Origin: a virus
Lineage: Duplodnaviria; Caudoviricetes
DNA length: 64,000 nucleotides
Virus record (IMG/VR): IMGVR_UViG_3300034062_006701
Strand: one strand, 5' to 3'
In this document: positions 46,772-56,735 of the stretch, one piece after another
Layout: each line of letters begins with the position of its first letter
How positions within the stretch are numbered: the first letter of the stretch is position 1
The notes under the pieces: model-generated
Seen by the model: the letters and a program-made list of their open reading frames with translations, nothing else
Databases searched by the model: none
What the model was told of the DNA's origin: nothing
Translations under genes and position numbers: made by a program

Positions 46772-47527
46772 ATGAGAATAGCGATAAGCGGTAGTGCATG
46801 CCAGGGTAAGAGTACATTAATTGATGACATGATCAAAACATGGCCGATGTACAGTCGTTCCGCCGAGTCATATCGTAAAGCTATACGAGAAGAAAATATA
46901 CCACTTAACGAGAAAGTAACAAAAGATGGTCAGTGGCGCATTTTAAATTGTCTTATTGATGATATACAGAAAACATCTAGGGATGACAATATTTTATTTG
47001 ATCGTTGTGCTTTAGATAACATTGTATATTCTCTATGGTCTAATAGTAAAAAAGCTACAGATATAGATGATGAATTTATTAAGAAATGTATTCCTCTTGT
47101 ACAAGAGACGATGCACTCCCTTGATATAATATTCTTCACACCAATTACAAAATTTTCACCTATCCCGGTAGAGGCTCGTGAAACACGAAATGTAAATGAA
47201 GAATATATTAAAGAAATTGACAACATCTTTAAAGCAATATCTCATGGATACGCTAAGACTGGCGCATCTCCGTTTTTCCCTAAAGAGGATAGACCACCTA
47301 TTATTGAAGTATTTGGTGATAGAGAGCAAAGAATTGCAATGATGCAACTTTATATTGATAAAACAGGAGATATCGTATCTGATGAAAAAAGTGTGTTAAG
47401 CAATGAAAACATAGATCTCGTTGAGAAACTAATCAACGACCAAAAAGATGTGCAGCATGCTGAAGCTCAAGAAGAGAAATTTCGCTCTAGCATTATTAAA
47501 GCGAAAAATATAGAAGATATTAATTAA
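46772..47527 (+). CDS. P-loop nucleoside/nucleotide kinase-like protein (AAA_28-like)
   Basis: 'IAISGSACQGKSTL', 'FDRCALD.IVY'. Confidence 0.75.
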   Translation: MRIAISGSACQGKSTLIDDMIKTWPMYSRSAESYRKAIREENIPLNEKVTKDGQWRILNCLIDDIQKTSRDDNILFDRCALDNIVYSLWSNSKKATDIDDEFIKKCIPLVQETMHSLDIIFFTPITKFSPIPVEARETRNVNEEYIKEIDNIFKAISHGYAKTGASPFFPKEDRPPIIEVFGDREQRIAMMQLYIDKTGDIVSDEKSVLSNENIDLVEKLINDQKDVQHAEAQEEKFRSSIIKAKNIEDIN

Positions 47528-48270
47528 TACGTAATTAATACACGTACACCGAAGTTTGAAGATGCAGGTACGATCATCCCAGCATTTAGTACAAATGCAA
47601 TACTTCCGGTTGTTGCGCCAGGTGTACCGCTAATATTGGTAATAAAGGGTACGGTCGATAATGCAAATGCTAAGCTACTACCGTCACCGGGCATAATCGA
47701 AAATGAGCTAGCGTTTAGTCTGCTATTAACTTCGTTCGTGAAACCGGGTAAACCAGTCCAATTTATGGTACTAGATGCCGTTGCTCCTAGTGGTATGTTT
47801 ACTTGCGCGGTATAGTCAAAAATGTTTTTATATGTGGATTTTGTTGCAAGGCTTGCAGATGCAGCAGTTAACTGTGTATATAGAGATGTATATATAGGAT
47901 TACCTGTGAAGTCTGATACCGCTCTTGTAGCGCTTACAACAAGACCATTTACTATAGTGAAACTGTCATAATAATCATGTGTAGGGAACGGTGGGGTAAA
48001 GCCTGTCCGTCCGCCGGTAGTTGTAAACTGGGACGCAGATATTGACGGTGTCGTTAAACTACCAGTAAAAATAGCATTAGTACCAGTAAGAGTACCTGTA
48101 ACAGTAGCATTCCCGTTAATATCTGTTTTTACAACATTTAAATCTCTAAAGGAAATAATTTGTGTACCGTTATTTGTTTGTAATATAAAATCATCTGAAT
48201 CTACCGCTAACTGTGATGTAGGTAGATTTCTAATATTAACGGTTGTACTATTAGTAGGGTTGGTTGCCAT
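47524..48270 (-). CDS. Ser/Thr-rich late structural protein (fibre/decoration-like)
   Basis: TATAAATA 6 nt upstream; T/S/G/N-rich beta composition. Confidence 0.55.
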   Translation of the reverse strand: MATNPTNSTTVNIRNLPTSQLAVDSDDFILQTNNGTQIISFRDLNVVKTDINGNATVTGTLTGTNAIFTGSLTTPSISASQFTTTGGRTGFTPPFPTHDYYDSFTIVNGLVVSATRAVSDFTGNPIYTSLYTQLTAASASLATKSTYKNIFDYTAQVNIPLGATASSTINWTGLPGFTNEVNSRLNASSFSIMPGDGSSLAFALSTVPFITNISGTPGATTGSIAFVLNAGMIVPASSNFGVRVLITY

Positions 48271-48306
48271 TAAAGATATTTATAGTAATATATATGAATT
48301 AACCAT

Positions 48307-49176
48307 ATGGCCGCAAAAATAGGAGTTGGAATAATAACATGTAATAGACCCGCTTATTTAAAGGGGTTACTTGATTCAATCCCTCAGATATGTAATATCG
48401 ATGAGCTCATTATCGTTAATGATGGTACACCTTTGAGTAAAGATATAGCCTCAATAGGGGATGGATATGATTTCAGTCACGTAGCTTGGTTACAGAATAA
48501 TATAAATCTCGGTGTAGGTAAATCAAAAAATAAAGCTATAAAATACCTAATGGATAAAGAGTGTGACTATATCTTCCTTATTGAAGATGATATGATTATA
48601 CTCGATCCAACCGTTTTTCAACAATATATCAAAGCTAGTAAGCTAAGCGGTATACAGCACTTTAATTACGGCCCGGGATCACCTTTTAACCGCAAGCAAA
48701 AAATACAAAATTTTGATTTACATAACAGACATCTTCTTGATCAAAATACAGAACCGAATCCAAAAATTATAATTGACTACAAAGACTGTAAAGTCGCCCT
48801 ATATGAACATACGGTTGCAATGTTTTCTTTCTTTACAAGAGAAGTAATTGAAAAAGTCGGATATATCGACGAACAGTTTTATAATGCATGGGAGCACGTT
48901 GATCATACGTATTGTATTATTAAAGCAGGTTATCATCCACCGTTCTGGTGGTTTGCAGACCTAGCTAATAGCCATGAACTATTAACAGAAGCGCCAGGTG
49001 CAATAGATAATTCATCTATTGCCAATAAAACAGAACAATGGCAAAAAAATGTATATGGTGGCCGTGAATTATATCTCAAAAAACATGGACATTACCCGAA
49101 CCAGCCACCGTACACAACTAAAGAAGAAGTGATCAATACAATCAAACAAATTAAAAATAATTATGGTCAAAAATAG
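48307..49176 (+). CDS. GT2-like glycosyltransferase
   Basis: 'GIITCNRP..L..LL.S...IIVNDG...N.G....N...DYIFLIEDD...GYIDE.F...EHVD'. Confidence 0.88.
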   Translation: MAAKIGVGIITCNRPAYLKGLLDSIPQICNIDELIIVNDGTPLSKDIASIGDGYDFSHVAWLQNNINLGVGKSKNKAIKYLMDKECDYIFLIEDDMIILDPTVFQQYIKASKLSGIQHFNYGPGSPFNRKQKIQNFDLHNRHLLDQNTEPNPKIIIDYKDCKVALYEHTVAMFSFFTREVIEKVGYIDEQFYNAWEHVDHTYCIIKAGYHPPFWWFADLANSHELLTEAPGAIDNSSIANKTEQWQKNVYGGRELYLKKHGHYPNQPPYTTKEEVINTIKQIKNNYGQK

Positions 49177-49936
49177 CTGCATTTTTTATCTCGTCAACGA
49201 TAACCAGATTCATATAAAGAGGCTATATGATAGTCTAGAGTGTCTACAAAAAAACTTTTTAGCGGAGTTTCCATATCCCGTCGTTATTGGTCATGAAGGT
49301 ATCTCACAAAATATTATAGAAGGTATTAAGCAAAGACTTGACGTGCAGGTTGTTTTCTATAAAATTAATTTTAAAATACCAGATTACTCACAAGAAATTT
49401 TAAATCAAATACCTGAACGTTTTAAAGGACACTGGGATGAAAATGCTTTCTTTTCTATTGGATATAGACATATGTGCCGCTACTTTTCTGGTGAAATTTA
49501 TAAGGAGACTTTTTTTGAAAAAGTAAAGTATCTACTCCGTTTAGATTGTGATTCATATTTTACTAGTAAAGTTTCATATGATATCTTTCAGCGCATGGAA
49601 GATAACAAAGCTGTATACGGCACTGTAGGTAGAGACACGGATATGGAATACGTCGTCGAAGGCTTCAGTGATGCCTGTGAAGAGTTCTTTAAGAATAGTC
49701 CCGAGCAGTTAATTGAACCGACTGACATGTATCAGACACATTTCGACCTTACAGATGTTCAGTGGGTAAAAGATAGTGAGTATATGAAATTTTACGAATA
49801 TATTGATAAAACAGGCAACATTTATATTAAACGATGGGGCGATGCGGTAATTAAATTTCAAGGCATGTCTCATGTAACTCCCAGTAGAATTCACTTGTTT
49901 AGTGATCTACCATATAAACACGGAGGCGATTTATGA
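49163..49936 (+). CDS. GT15 (Kre2/Mnt1-like) mannosyltransferase-like protein
   Basis: 'YRHMCRYF.G', 'Y..R.D.DS', 'YEYID..G.IY..RWGDA'. Confidence 0.8.
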   Translation: MVKNSCIFYLVNDNQIHIKRLYDSLECLQKNFLAEFPYPVVIGHEGISQNIIEGIKQRLDVQVVFYKINFKIPDYSQEILNQIPERFKGHWDENAFFSIGYRHMCRYFSGEIYKETFFEKVKYLLRLDCDSYFTSKVSYDIFQRMEDNKAVYGTVGRDTDMEYVVEGFSDACEEFFKNSPEQLIEPTDMYQTHFDLTDVQWVKDSEYMKFYEYIDKTGNIYIKRWGDAVIKFQGMSHVTPSRIHLFSDLPYKHGGDL

Positions 49937-50694
49937 AAATAGCAATATTAGTACCATCAAGAGAAAGAATGAATAGAAGGCTTACCCTTCTGACATCAAT
50001 TATTACAACTGTCAGCGATATCAATAACGTCAATATATACTTTGGTGTTGATATGGATGACCCGACTCGTGAATTAATTTATAAAGTTTCAAAAGCTATT
50101 CCTTGTGTTAAGATCGTCGATATTGATAATAAGGGTGAGTTTATTGGTCTCGGAAAGATGTGGAATATTTGTACTGATAACTCCACAGAACAAATTATTT
50201 CTATGATTGGTGATGATATGGTATTTCGAACACCTAACTGGGATCTTGAAATTATTAAAGAATTTACAGAAAACTGCCCTGAAGATAAAATTAAGGCTAT
50301 TCACTGTAATGATGACTGTCATGGGGCAAAGCTTGCAGTAAATCTTTTTTGCCATAGAAAATATGCTGAAATTCTCGGTCGTTTTATGCGCGAAGAATTT
50401 AAGATCAACTGGGTTGATCAATGGATGCATCAAGTTTTTAGCGCCTTCGGTCGACTATCTTACCGTGGTGATATTATGATCGAACACCGTCATTGGGTAC
50501 TCGGTAAAGATAAACGCGATAAAACAGCTGAGAGAATGGCTGTAGCAGACGTTAATAAAATTAGCGATAAACTTTGGTTTGACTTAGTAGATGAGCGTAT
50601 CAAGGATGTTTGGAAGCTAGAGGATTATTTAAAGATGAAGGCTGACTGGTCTACAGTTGATGTCGAGCAAGCAACCCTAATTTATCAAAGATAA
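49933..50694 (+). CDS. GT-A glycosyltransferase-like protein
   Basis: 'ILVPSRER...D.DD...WN...MIGDDM...WD...W.D.W'. Confidence 0.75.
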   Translation: MKIAILVPSRERMNRRLTLLTSIITTVSDINNVNIYFGVDMDDPTRELIYKVSKAIPCVKIVDIDNKGEFIGLGKMWNICTDNSTEQIISMIGDDMVFRTPNWDLEIIKEFTENCPEDKIKAIHCNDDCHGAKLAVNLFCHRKYAEILGRFMREEFKINWVDQWMHQVFSAFGRLSYRGDIMIEHRHWVLGKDKRDKTAERMAVADVNKISDKLWFDLVDERIKDVWKLEDYLKMKADWSTVDVEQATLIYQR

Positions 50695-50702
50695 ACATTA
50701 CT

Positions 50703-51335
50703 ATGGGCGAGATAAATGAAAGCGATGAGTTCGGTAAAGTGATTATAGATGTTGTTAGACGATATAATCTGCAGAAGGTACTTGAAATCGGGTCCTGGGA
50801 CGGTACCGGGTCAACACAATGCTTTATAAAAGGTATGTCTGTCCTCGCAAGTCCTGATCTTACCTGTGTTGAAGTAAAAAGAGATAGATATGAAAAATTA
50901 GTTACAAATACACAAGCATATTCATGGGTAAAGTGTGTCAATCAGACGACTATTTCACTTAAAGCACTAATTGACAAAGATTTTGAATCTCTTTGGAATA
51001 GTACCTACTGTTGTATAAACAGCGATAAACCGACAGTAAGAGAATGGTTTGACCATGATATAGAGGAAATAACCAAGTATAACTACGGGTTTCTTGAAAC
51101 AGATCAACGTTTTTATGACGGTGTATTAATTGATGGGGGTGAGTTTTTTGGTTACAGTGAATATAAATTGGTGAAAGACAGAACTAATGTTTTATTTTTA
51201 GATGATTACTATAGCGCGTTTAAAAATAATCAATCTGCCCGAGAGCTCACAAAAGACCCTGAATGGGAAGTAGTTGCAGGTAATAGATATTGCCGTAACG
51301 GCTATGCTGTTTTTAAGCGTAGAAATTTTAAATGA
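50703..51335 (+). CDS. Class I SAM methyltransferase-like protein
   Basis: 'VLEIGSW.GTGST...VE', 'VLIDGGE'. Confidence 0.75.
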   Translation: MGEINESDEFGKVIIDVVRRYNLQKVLEIGSWDGTGSTQCFIKGMSVLASPDLTCVEVKRDRYEKLVTNTQAYSWVKCVNQTTISLKALIDKDFESLWNSTYCCINSDKPTVREWFDHDIEEITKYNYGFLETDQRFYDGVLIDGGEFFGYSEYKLVKDRTNVLFLDDYYSAFKNNQSARELTKDPEWEVVAGNRYCRNGYAVFKRRNFK

Positions 51336-52114
51336 ATAAGAAAGTAGTAGTCTGTGCAGCTGTAAGAAATATTCAGGACACAATTAAGCCTGTATTTGAT
51401 AATATTAATCGACTATCAGGTATATTCGAGGATGTGAGATGTATTCTCGTTGAATCAGACAGTTACGACAATACTCTTGCTTCCATTAAGCATTATAAAC
51501 CATATCTTAATTGTACGCTTGATGTTTATAGTTTTGGAAACATGGAACGTGTAGTTCCTAACAGAATGCAACGCATATGTAGAGCTAGAAATTATTATCT
51601 AGATATCGTGCAGCAGGAGTACAGTGATTACGACTACCTATTAGTTATTGACTTTAATGAGACAAATATCGAGCCTTACGATCTCGATCTTATAAAAAGT
51701 AATTTTGAATTATCCGTTGATTGGGATATGGTGTGTGCAAATCAAGAACTACTTTATTACGACCTTTATGCTCTAAGACATCAAGAATGGATGCCATTTA
51801 ACTGCTGGAACGCTATAGGCAATAGACCATCTTTTATGTCCTACGAGACTGCGCATAACATATATGTAAAGTCGAGATTTTTAAACATTAAGAAAACGCA
51901 TCCACCGATAAAGGTAATGTCTGCCTTCGGTGGGTCAGCGTTTATAAAAATTAGTAGTATCGGTCAAGCGCGACATAGAGCTGTTGACGATGGTAATGAA
52001 GAGGAGTGTGAGTGGGTATCTTTTTGCAAAGCTTTGCAGAATGTGTACATTAATCCAATGTTTATAAATATGCGTCGTCAAAGTCGACATGCAATGATTG
52101 CAAATACAAAATAA
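51332..52114 (+). CDS. GT-A glycosyltransferase (CAP59/Anp1-like)
   Basis: 'VESDS.DNT', 'RI..ARN.YL', 'YLLVID', 'YYDLYALR', 'SAFGG', 'CE.VSF'. Confidence 0.65.
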   Translation: MNKKVVVCAAVRNIQDTIKPVFDNINRLSGIFEDVRCILVESDSYDNTLASIKHYKPYLNCTLDVYSFGNMERVVPNRMQRICRARNYYLDIVQQEYSDYDYLLVIDFNETNIEPYDLDLIKSNFELSVDWDMVCANQELLYYDLYALRHQEWMPFNCWNAIGNRPSFMSYETAHNIYVKSRFLNIKKTHPPIKVMSAFGGSAFIKISSIGQARHRAVDDGNEEECEWVSFCKALQNVYINPMFINMRRQSRHAMIANTK

Positions 52115-52115
52115 T

Positions 52116-52904
52116 ATGAAACGCGTTGCCTTTACTATTATCTTTAACGGAATTAAACACCTACAGCATAACAATTATTATAATAAGTTAAGCTCTTGCG
52201 TAGATCTTTGGGTAATAATAGAAGGTTTATCTCTACCCAACGGCTCAACCTCATGGTGTAAAGAAATAGACGATGATTTCCACAATAACTTTTTATCAAG
52301 AGATGGAACGACAGAATTTCTAAACAAAAACCGTAAAGAAAATGTAATCGTTATAAGACCTGAGAATAGACCGTGGCTGAGTAAAGATGAACAGGTAAAT
52401 GCAGGTATAAGATGTATAAAAGAAAGATACACAGAAGCGATGCTATGGCAGATAGATATCGATGAACAATGGACAGAAGAGAGTATGTCATCTGCAGAAA
52501 ATGAACTTATAAAACATAATGGTAAAACAGGTTGTTTTAGATGTGACTATTTTGTCGGTCCTAATCAACAAGTGTTCGGTGAATGGGGTGAAAATACACG
52601 TGACCCCTATAGAAGATTGTGGCACTGGCAGAGCGAGGATTTTGAGACACATGAACCACCAAAGCTTCAAGGTAATAATGGTCCGAGATTTCTACTTCCA
52701 CAGCGCTTTAAACACTATTCATACTATTTTGAAGAAGATGTAATTTTTAAAGAACGGTATTATTCTTCATATGAAGGTTTGCATAGACGGTGGCTCGATG
52801 TACAAAAAAACACCGGTACTTTACCTGTAAGAAGTCTTTTGGGTGATAATGTCTGGTGGAGTAATACAAATACTATTATACAATATACGGGTCATGCTTG
52901 TTGA
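52116..52904 (+). CDS. GT-A glycosyltransferase-like protein
   Basis: 'S.DGTTEFL', 'WQIDIDEQW' (DxD); start moved to MKRVAF. Confidence 0.6.
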   Translation: MKRVAFTIIFNGIKHLQHNNYYNKLSSCVDLWVIIEGLSLPNGSTSWCKEIDDDFHNNFLSRDGTTEFLNKNRKENVIVIRPENRPWLSKDEQVNAGIRCIKERYTEAMLWQIDIDEQWTEESMSSAENELIKHNGKTGCFRCDYFVGPNQQVFGEWGENTRDPYRRLWHWQSEDFETHEPPKLQGNNGPRFLLPQRFKHYSYYFEEDVIFKERYYSSYEGLHRRWLDVQKNTGTLPVRSLLGDNVWWSNTNTIIQYTGHAC

Positions 52905-53724
52905 TGGTAATAATTTTATATCACACTTTCTTAAAAATAAGAAACCCTTTGCTGCTGGAAAAATCGGTGTCACGGAACTAAACTTATTGTACTGCTACGA
53001 AAACCTTAAAAATGGTGGTCAGCTCTTACCTCATCTTAAACACGAGGTAGAAAATATTGCCGGTCTATATCCGTACAACGAGACGACGGTTGCAACCTTT
53101 GCAGAGATGTTTTTATCTCTCTTACCAAATATTGATCTTATTCCGGTATGGAATCGAGTTATACCAACGTTTGAGAAACATATTCTTGATACATATTGCA
53201 AGAACAGTTACAGGACAACACTTGCGCAGCTTGAACCATATTTTGATGATAGACCATGGACAAACTACCTTCAAGGTAAGAAAGTGTTAGTGTTTAGTCC
53301 GTTTGCTAATTCTATTGAGAGAAACTATAAGCATCTTGATAAAATATGGAATAAAAAAATAACCAATAACTTTGAGTTAGAAGTCGTAAAGTATCCGTTT
53401 GCTATACCTATTAGCACAAAACCATCTCATGTGACCTCTGATAGTATATACAAGAAATATCTAGATATTTTACATGAAAAAGTATTTGATGTCGGTATAT
53501 TCGGAACAGGATATACTTCCTTACTATATACACTTGAGTGTAAGAAGATGGGTAGAGCTGGTATACATCTAGGTGGATCAACTCAAATTTTATTCGGTAT
53601 AAAAGGGCAGCGATGGAAAGAAATCGATAGGTTTAATACTGTGTTCAATGAACATTGGACTGAACCAGTGGAAGAAGAAAGACCGTCGAAGCTAACATTA
53701 GTCGAAGGAGGATGTTACTGGTGA
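52894..53724 (+). CDS. Putative glycosyltransferase (GT-D/DUF1792-like)
   Basis: 'KIGVTE', 'KKVLVFSPF', 'FDVGIFG.G', 'IHLGG' inside the GT operon; start moved to MLVDG. Confidence 0.45.
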   Translation: MLVDGNNFISHFLKNKKPFAAGKIGVTELNLLYCYENLKNGGQLLPHLKHEVENIAGLYPYNETTVATFAEMFLSLLPNIDLIPVWNRVIPTFEKHILDTYCKNSYRTTLAQLEPYFDDRPWTNYLQGKKVLVFSPFANSIERNYKHLDKIWNKKITNNFELEVVKYPFAIPISTKPSHVTSDSIYKKYLDILHEKVFDVGIFGTGYTSLLYTLECKKMGRAGIHLGGSTQILFGIKGQRWKEIDRFNTVFNEHWTEPVEEERPSKLTLVEGGCYW

Positions 53725-54485
53725 GTATTTTCGTAGAGTACGATCAATGGAGTAGGATGGGAAATAGAATGTTTCAATATGCTCTTGGTTATATACTATC
53801 ACAAGAAAAAAAAACTGTACTATATGCAGATGGTATACCGAATTTTGACATATCCTCGACAAGAAGCGGAATGACACCAAAAGACCCAATCTACACAAAA
53901 AGCCACGGTAACAATTATTTAAAATACAATGAACTACTCAATACCGAAAGAGATATTGTTGTAAATTCGTACGTACAGCGAGCACAATATTATATACCGT
54001 ATAGAGATATGTTAAAAGCAATCCTCGGTGTAAAAAATGAACCATGTATCAATTGTGATAGACTTGTAGTGCATATCCGCGAAACTGATTATACCCAAAT
54101 CAACTGCTTCCTTGGCTATGAATATTATCACAACCTCATTAAAGAATCAGGATACAGTGATATAATTATTGTAACAGATAATTCAAAGTGCGATACTGTA
54201 CAGCGGTTAATGGGTGATGGTTGTACTTTAAATACATGTGGTTACGTTGATAAATTTGAACACATATGTGATAATAGGGCGATGATGGATTTTATGACAC
54301 TTTTAAAGAGTGAGAATATTGCATTATCACAATCATCATTCTCTTGGTGGGCTGCCTTTCTCGGTCAACATGAAAAGATAATTTTTCCTTATACAGAACA
54401 GAAGTCTATGTGGCCATTGAATCCTGGTAAAGATGATATAAACTTATATTTTGACTTCGGATCGTCACAAAAATTTATAAAATGA
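53721..54485 (+). CDS. GT11 alpha-1,2-fucosyltransferase-like protein
   Basis: 'RMGNRMFQYA', 'VHIRETDY', 'DFMTL', 'SSFSWWAAFL'; GTGA overlap and GGAGG upstream. Confidence 0.85.
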   Translation: MSIFVEYDQWSRMGNRMFQYALGYILSQEKKTVLYADGIPNFDISSTRSGMTPKDPIYTKSHGNNYLKYNELLNTERDIVVNSYVQRAQYYIPYRDMLKAILGVKNEPCINCDRLVVHIRETDYTQINCFLGYEYYHNLIKESGYSDIIIVTDNSKCDTVQRLMGDGCTLNTCGYVDKFEHICDNRAMMDFMTLLKSENIALSQSSFSWWAAFLGQHEKIIFPYTEQKSMWPLNPGKDDINLYFDFGSSQKFIK

Positions 54486-55234
54486 ACGCAAAGAAATTTT
54501 CAGACTTAATGCTGCATAGCGGTGGATATAAGGGCAGAACAAAAATTGAAAATTGGAATATTCTAGAAGACCTATATAACCACATACAATTGTATACACA
54601 AAAGGAGCAGCGTATACCTAAGATAATACATCAAATATGGCTCGGTAGCGAAGTACCGACGTCGTTAAGACAACATATGGACTCAATTCAGCGGGTGAAT
54701 CTCGACTACAAATATATATTATGGACAGATTTGGAGGCTGATAAGTTCGATTTTAAAAATAAAGACTTATATAATAACTGCAAAAATTACGGTCAAAAAT
54801 CTGATATATTGCGATACGCTATACTTAACGAGTTTGGTGGTGTATATCTTGATACGGATTTCGTAGGATGTAAGTCTTTTGATGAGTTACTGAATCTTGA
54901 TTTTTTTACTGGCGTTTCTTATGATAAAGAACCGACCATGTTTAATGGGTTGATAGGATCCACGCCAGGTAACGCTATTATAACAGCGCTGAATGATATA
55001 AAAGAAGTAAGAGATGGTGACGGAATGGAAGTTATAAAAAGTACAGGACCGTGGTATCTTACAGATGTTGTATATAATAATATTATGAACGTAGAAAGAA
55101 TTGCAGTAATGCCCTTAGAATATTTTTACCCGTATCCAAATTTTAATCATGATAAGGTACTCGGCGACGATTACACAAAATACATCACCGAAAAAACTAT
55201 TTGTGTACACCTATGGCACTCACGATGGAACTAA
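54482..55234 (+). CDS. GT32 (OCH1-like DxD) glycosyltransferase
   Basis: 'IPKIIHQIW', 'SDILRY..L...GGVYLDTD', 'TGPW.LT', 'HLW'. Confidence 0.9.
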   Translation: MNAKKFSDLMLHSGGYKGRTKIENWNILEDLYNHIQLYTQKEQRIPKIIHQIWLGSEVPTSLRQHMDSIQRVNLDYKYILWTDLEADKFDFKNKDLYNNCKNYGQKSDILRYAILNEFGGVYLDTDFVGCKSFDELLNLDFFTGVSYDKEPTMFNGLIGSTPGNAIITALNDIKEVRDGDGMEVIKSTGPWYLTDVVYNNIMNVERIAVMPLEYFYPYPNFNHDKVLGDDYTKYITEKTICVHLWHSRWN

Positions 55235-56091
55235 GTCAATTTATCTCTGGCGAGCGGTTCCAGGCACTTGCAGATATAAGTTTTATACCACTGGGCAGCG
55301 GTAACGGTGAGAGCGAGTGCAGCTTTGTACAAGAGCAGCAACGCAATAACAATTATAGTGTATTTTACTATGATAATAATACAATAGCATTACCTGATTT
55401 AGAAGATGTTAAGACTATTTTTGTAAACACATGGACACTTGATAAATTTTTTAGTATTATTTTTCCTTTATTATTAGGTAAATACACATTTATATCTCAT
55501 AACTCAGATCTTGGATTTGAAGAAAAACATGCATCGTTTTTAGACAGCGAAAAAGTGATAAAGTGGTTTAGTCAAAACGCGTATATTGAACACAGTAAAT
55601 TAATTTCTCTACCAATCGGCCTAGGTAATCAACAATACCCGCACGGTAATATCGCGTTAATAAAACATATAATCGACAAAAATTTAAGTAAAGAGCTTCT
55701 TGTGTTTAAAAATTTTGACTGTAATACAAATTACGGTGAACGGAATAATATTAATCAAATCACTACAAGAAACAATATACACATGTGGCCTCATCACAGT
55801 CAAGAAGAGTATTTTATGAGACTTGCACAAAGTGCATTTGTTATTAGTCCTCCAGGTAATGGGGTCGATTGCCACCGCATATGGGAGAGTCTTTATTTTA
55901 AAACAATACCTATTGTAAGGAATCATCCATGCTTTAATCAGTATAGGGAACTTCCAATTCTATTTATAGATGATTGGAATGACGTAACAGAAGATTTTCT
56001 GCGTGTGAAATTAAAGAAATTTAAAGACAAACCGATACAACAGTTGTACCTAGATTACTGGAAAAATCTAATATATAATATAACCATATGA
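55225..56091 (+). CDS. Exostosin (GT47)-like glycosyltransferase
   Basis: 'SAFVISPPGNG.DCHRIWESL...IPIV...LPILFIDDW'; start moved to MELSQ. Confidence 0.75.
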   Translation: MELSQFISGERFQALADISFIPLGSGNGESECSFVQEQQRNNNYSVFYYDNNTIALPDLEDVKTIFVNTWTLDKFFSIIFPLLLGKYTFISHNSDLGFEEKHASFLDSEKVIKWFSQNAYIEHSKLISLPIGLGNQQYPHGNIALIKHIIDKNLSKELLVFKNFDCNTNYGERNNINQITTRNNIHMWPHHSQEEYFMRLAQSAFVISPPGNGVDCHRIWESLYFKTIPIVRNHPCFNQYRELPILFIDDWNDVTEDFLRVKLKKFKDKPIQQLYLDYWKNLIYNITI

Positions 56092-56729
56092 ACTCAAACT
56101 TCATGACGAATTGGGTTAGAGATAACTTAACCAAGCAGTCTATTATTGTAGAAGCAGGAATGTATGATGGAATTGATACCTGTATATTCGCAGATATAGC
56201 GACAGAGGGTAAGGTATATGGTTTCGAGCCAGTACCGGAGTGCTTTGCTTTATGTAAGCAATTAATTGGTGATAGATCAAATGTTGAAATTACCGAAGCT
56301 GCGCTAGCAGATAAAACAGGAACAAGTAATATTCATATAAGTGATCGTTTCGGTAAGCATTGGGCATCAGCATCTCTTTTAGCTCCAAAAAAACATCTAG
56401 ATGCATATACAGATATTACATTTAAGACACAAATCGAAATACCTACTATTAATCTTGATGAATGGTATAATGAAAAGCAAATTGGGATCATTGATCTTTT
56501 ATGGCTTGACACTCAAGGATTTGAATATTATATTCTCAAAAATGCACCGAGGGCGCTTTCAAATACGAGATATTTATATACAGAGGTTGCATATGTTGAA
56601 ACGTATGCAGACTGTAAATTATATAATGAATACAGGGAGTTTTTAGAAAAATCGGGATTTGTGGTTATTAATGAGGAAAAAGAAATGTACGAAGGCAATA
56701 TGCTACTTAAAAATATCAATTTAAATTAA
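56088..56729 (+). CDS. FkbM-family methyltransferase
   Basis: 'VEAG..DG.DT', 'GFEP', 'LD', 'LLWLDTQGFE', 'YTEV'. Confidence 0.9.
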   Translation: MNSNFMTNWVRDNLTKQSIIVEAGMYDGIDTCIFADIATEGKVYGFEPVPECFALCKQLIGDRSNVEITEAALADKTGTSNIHISDRFGKHWASASLLAPKKHLDAYTDITFKTQIEIPTINLDEWYNEKQIGIIDLLWLDTQGFEYYILKNAPRALSNTRYLYTEVAYVETYADCKLYNEYREFLEKSGFVVINEEKEMYEGNMLLKNINLN

Positions 56730-56735
56730 AAAACT

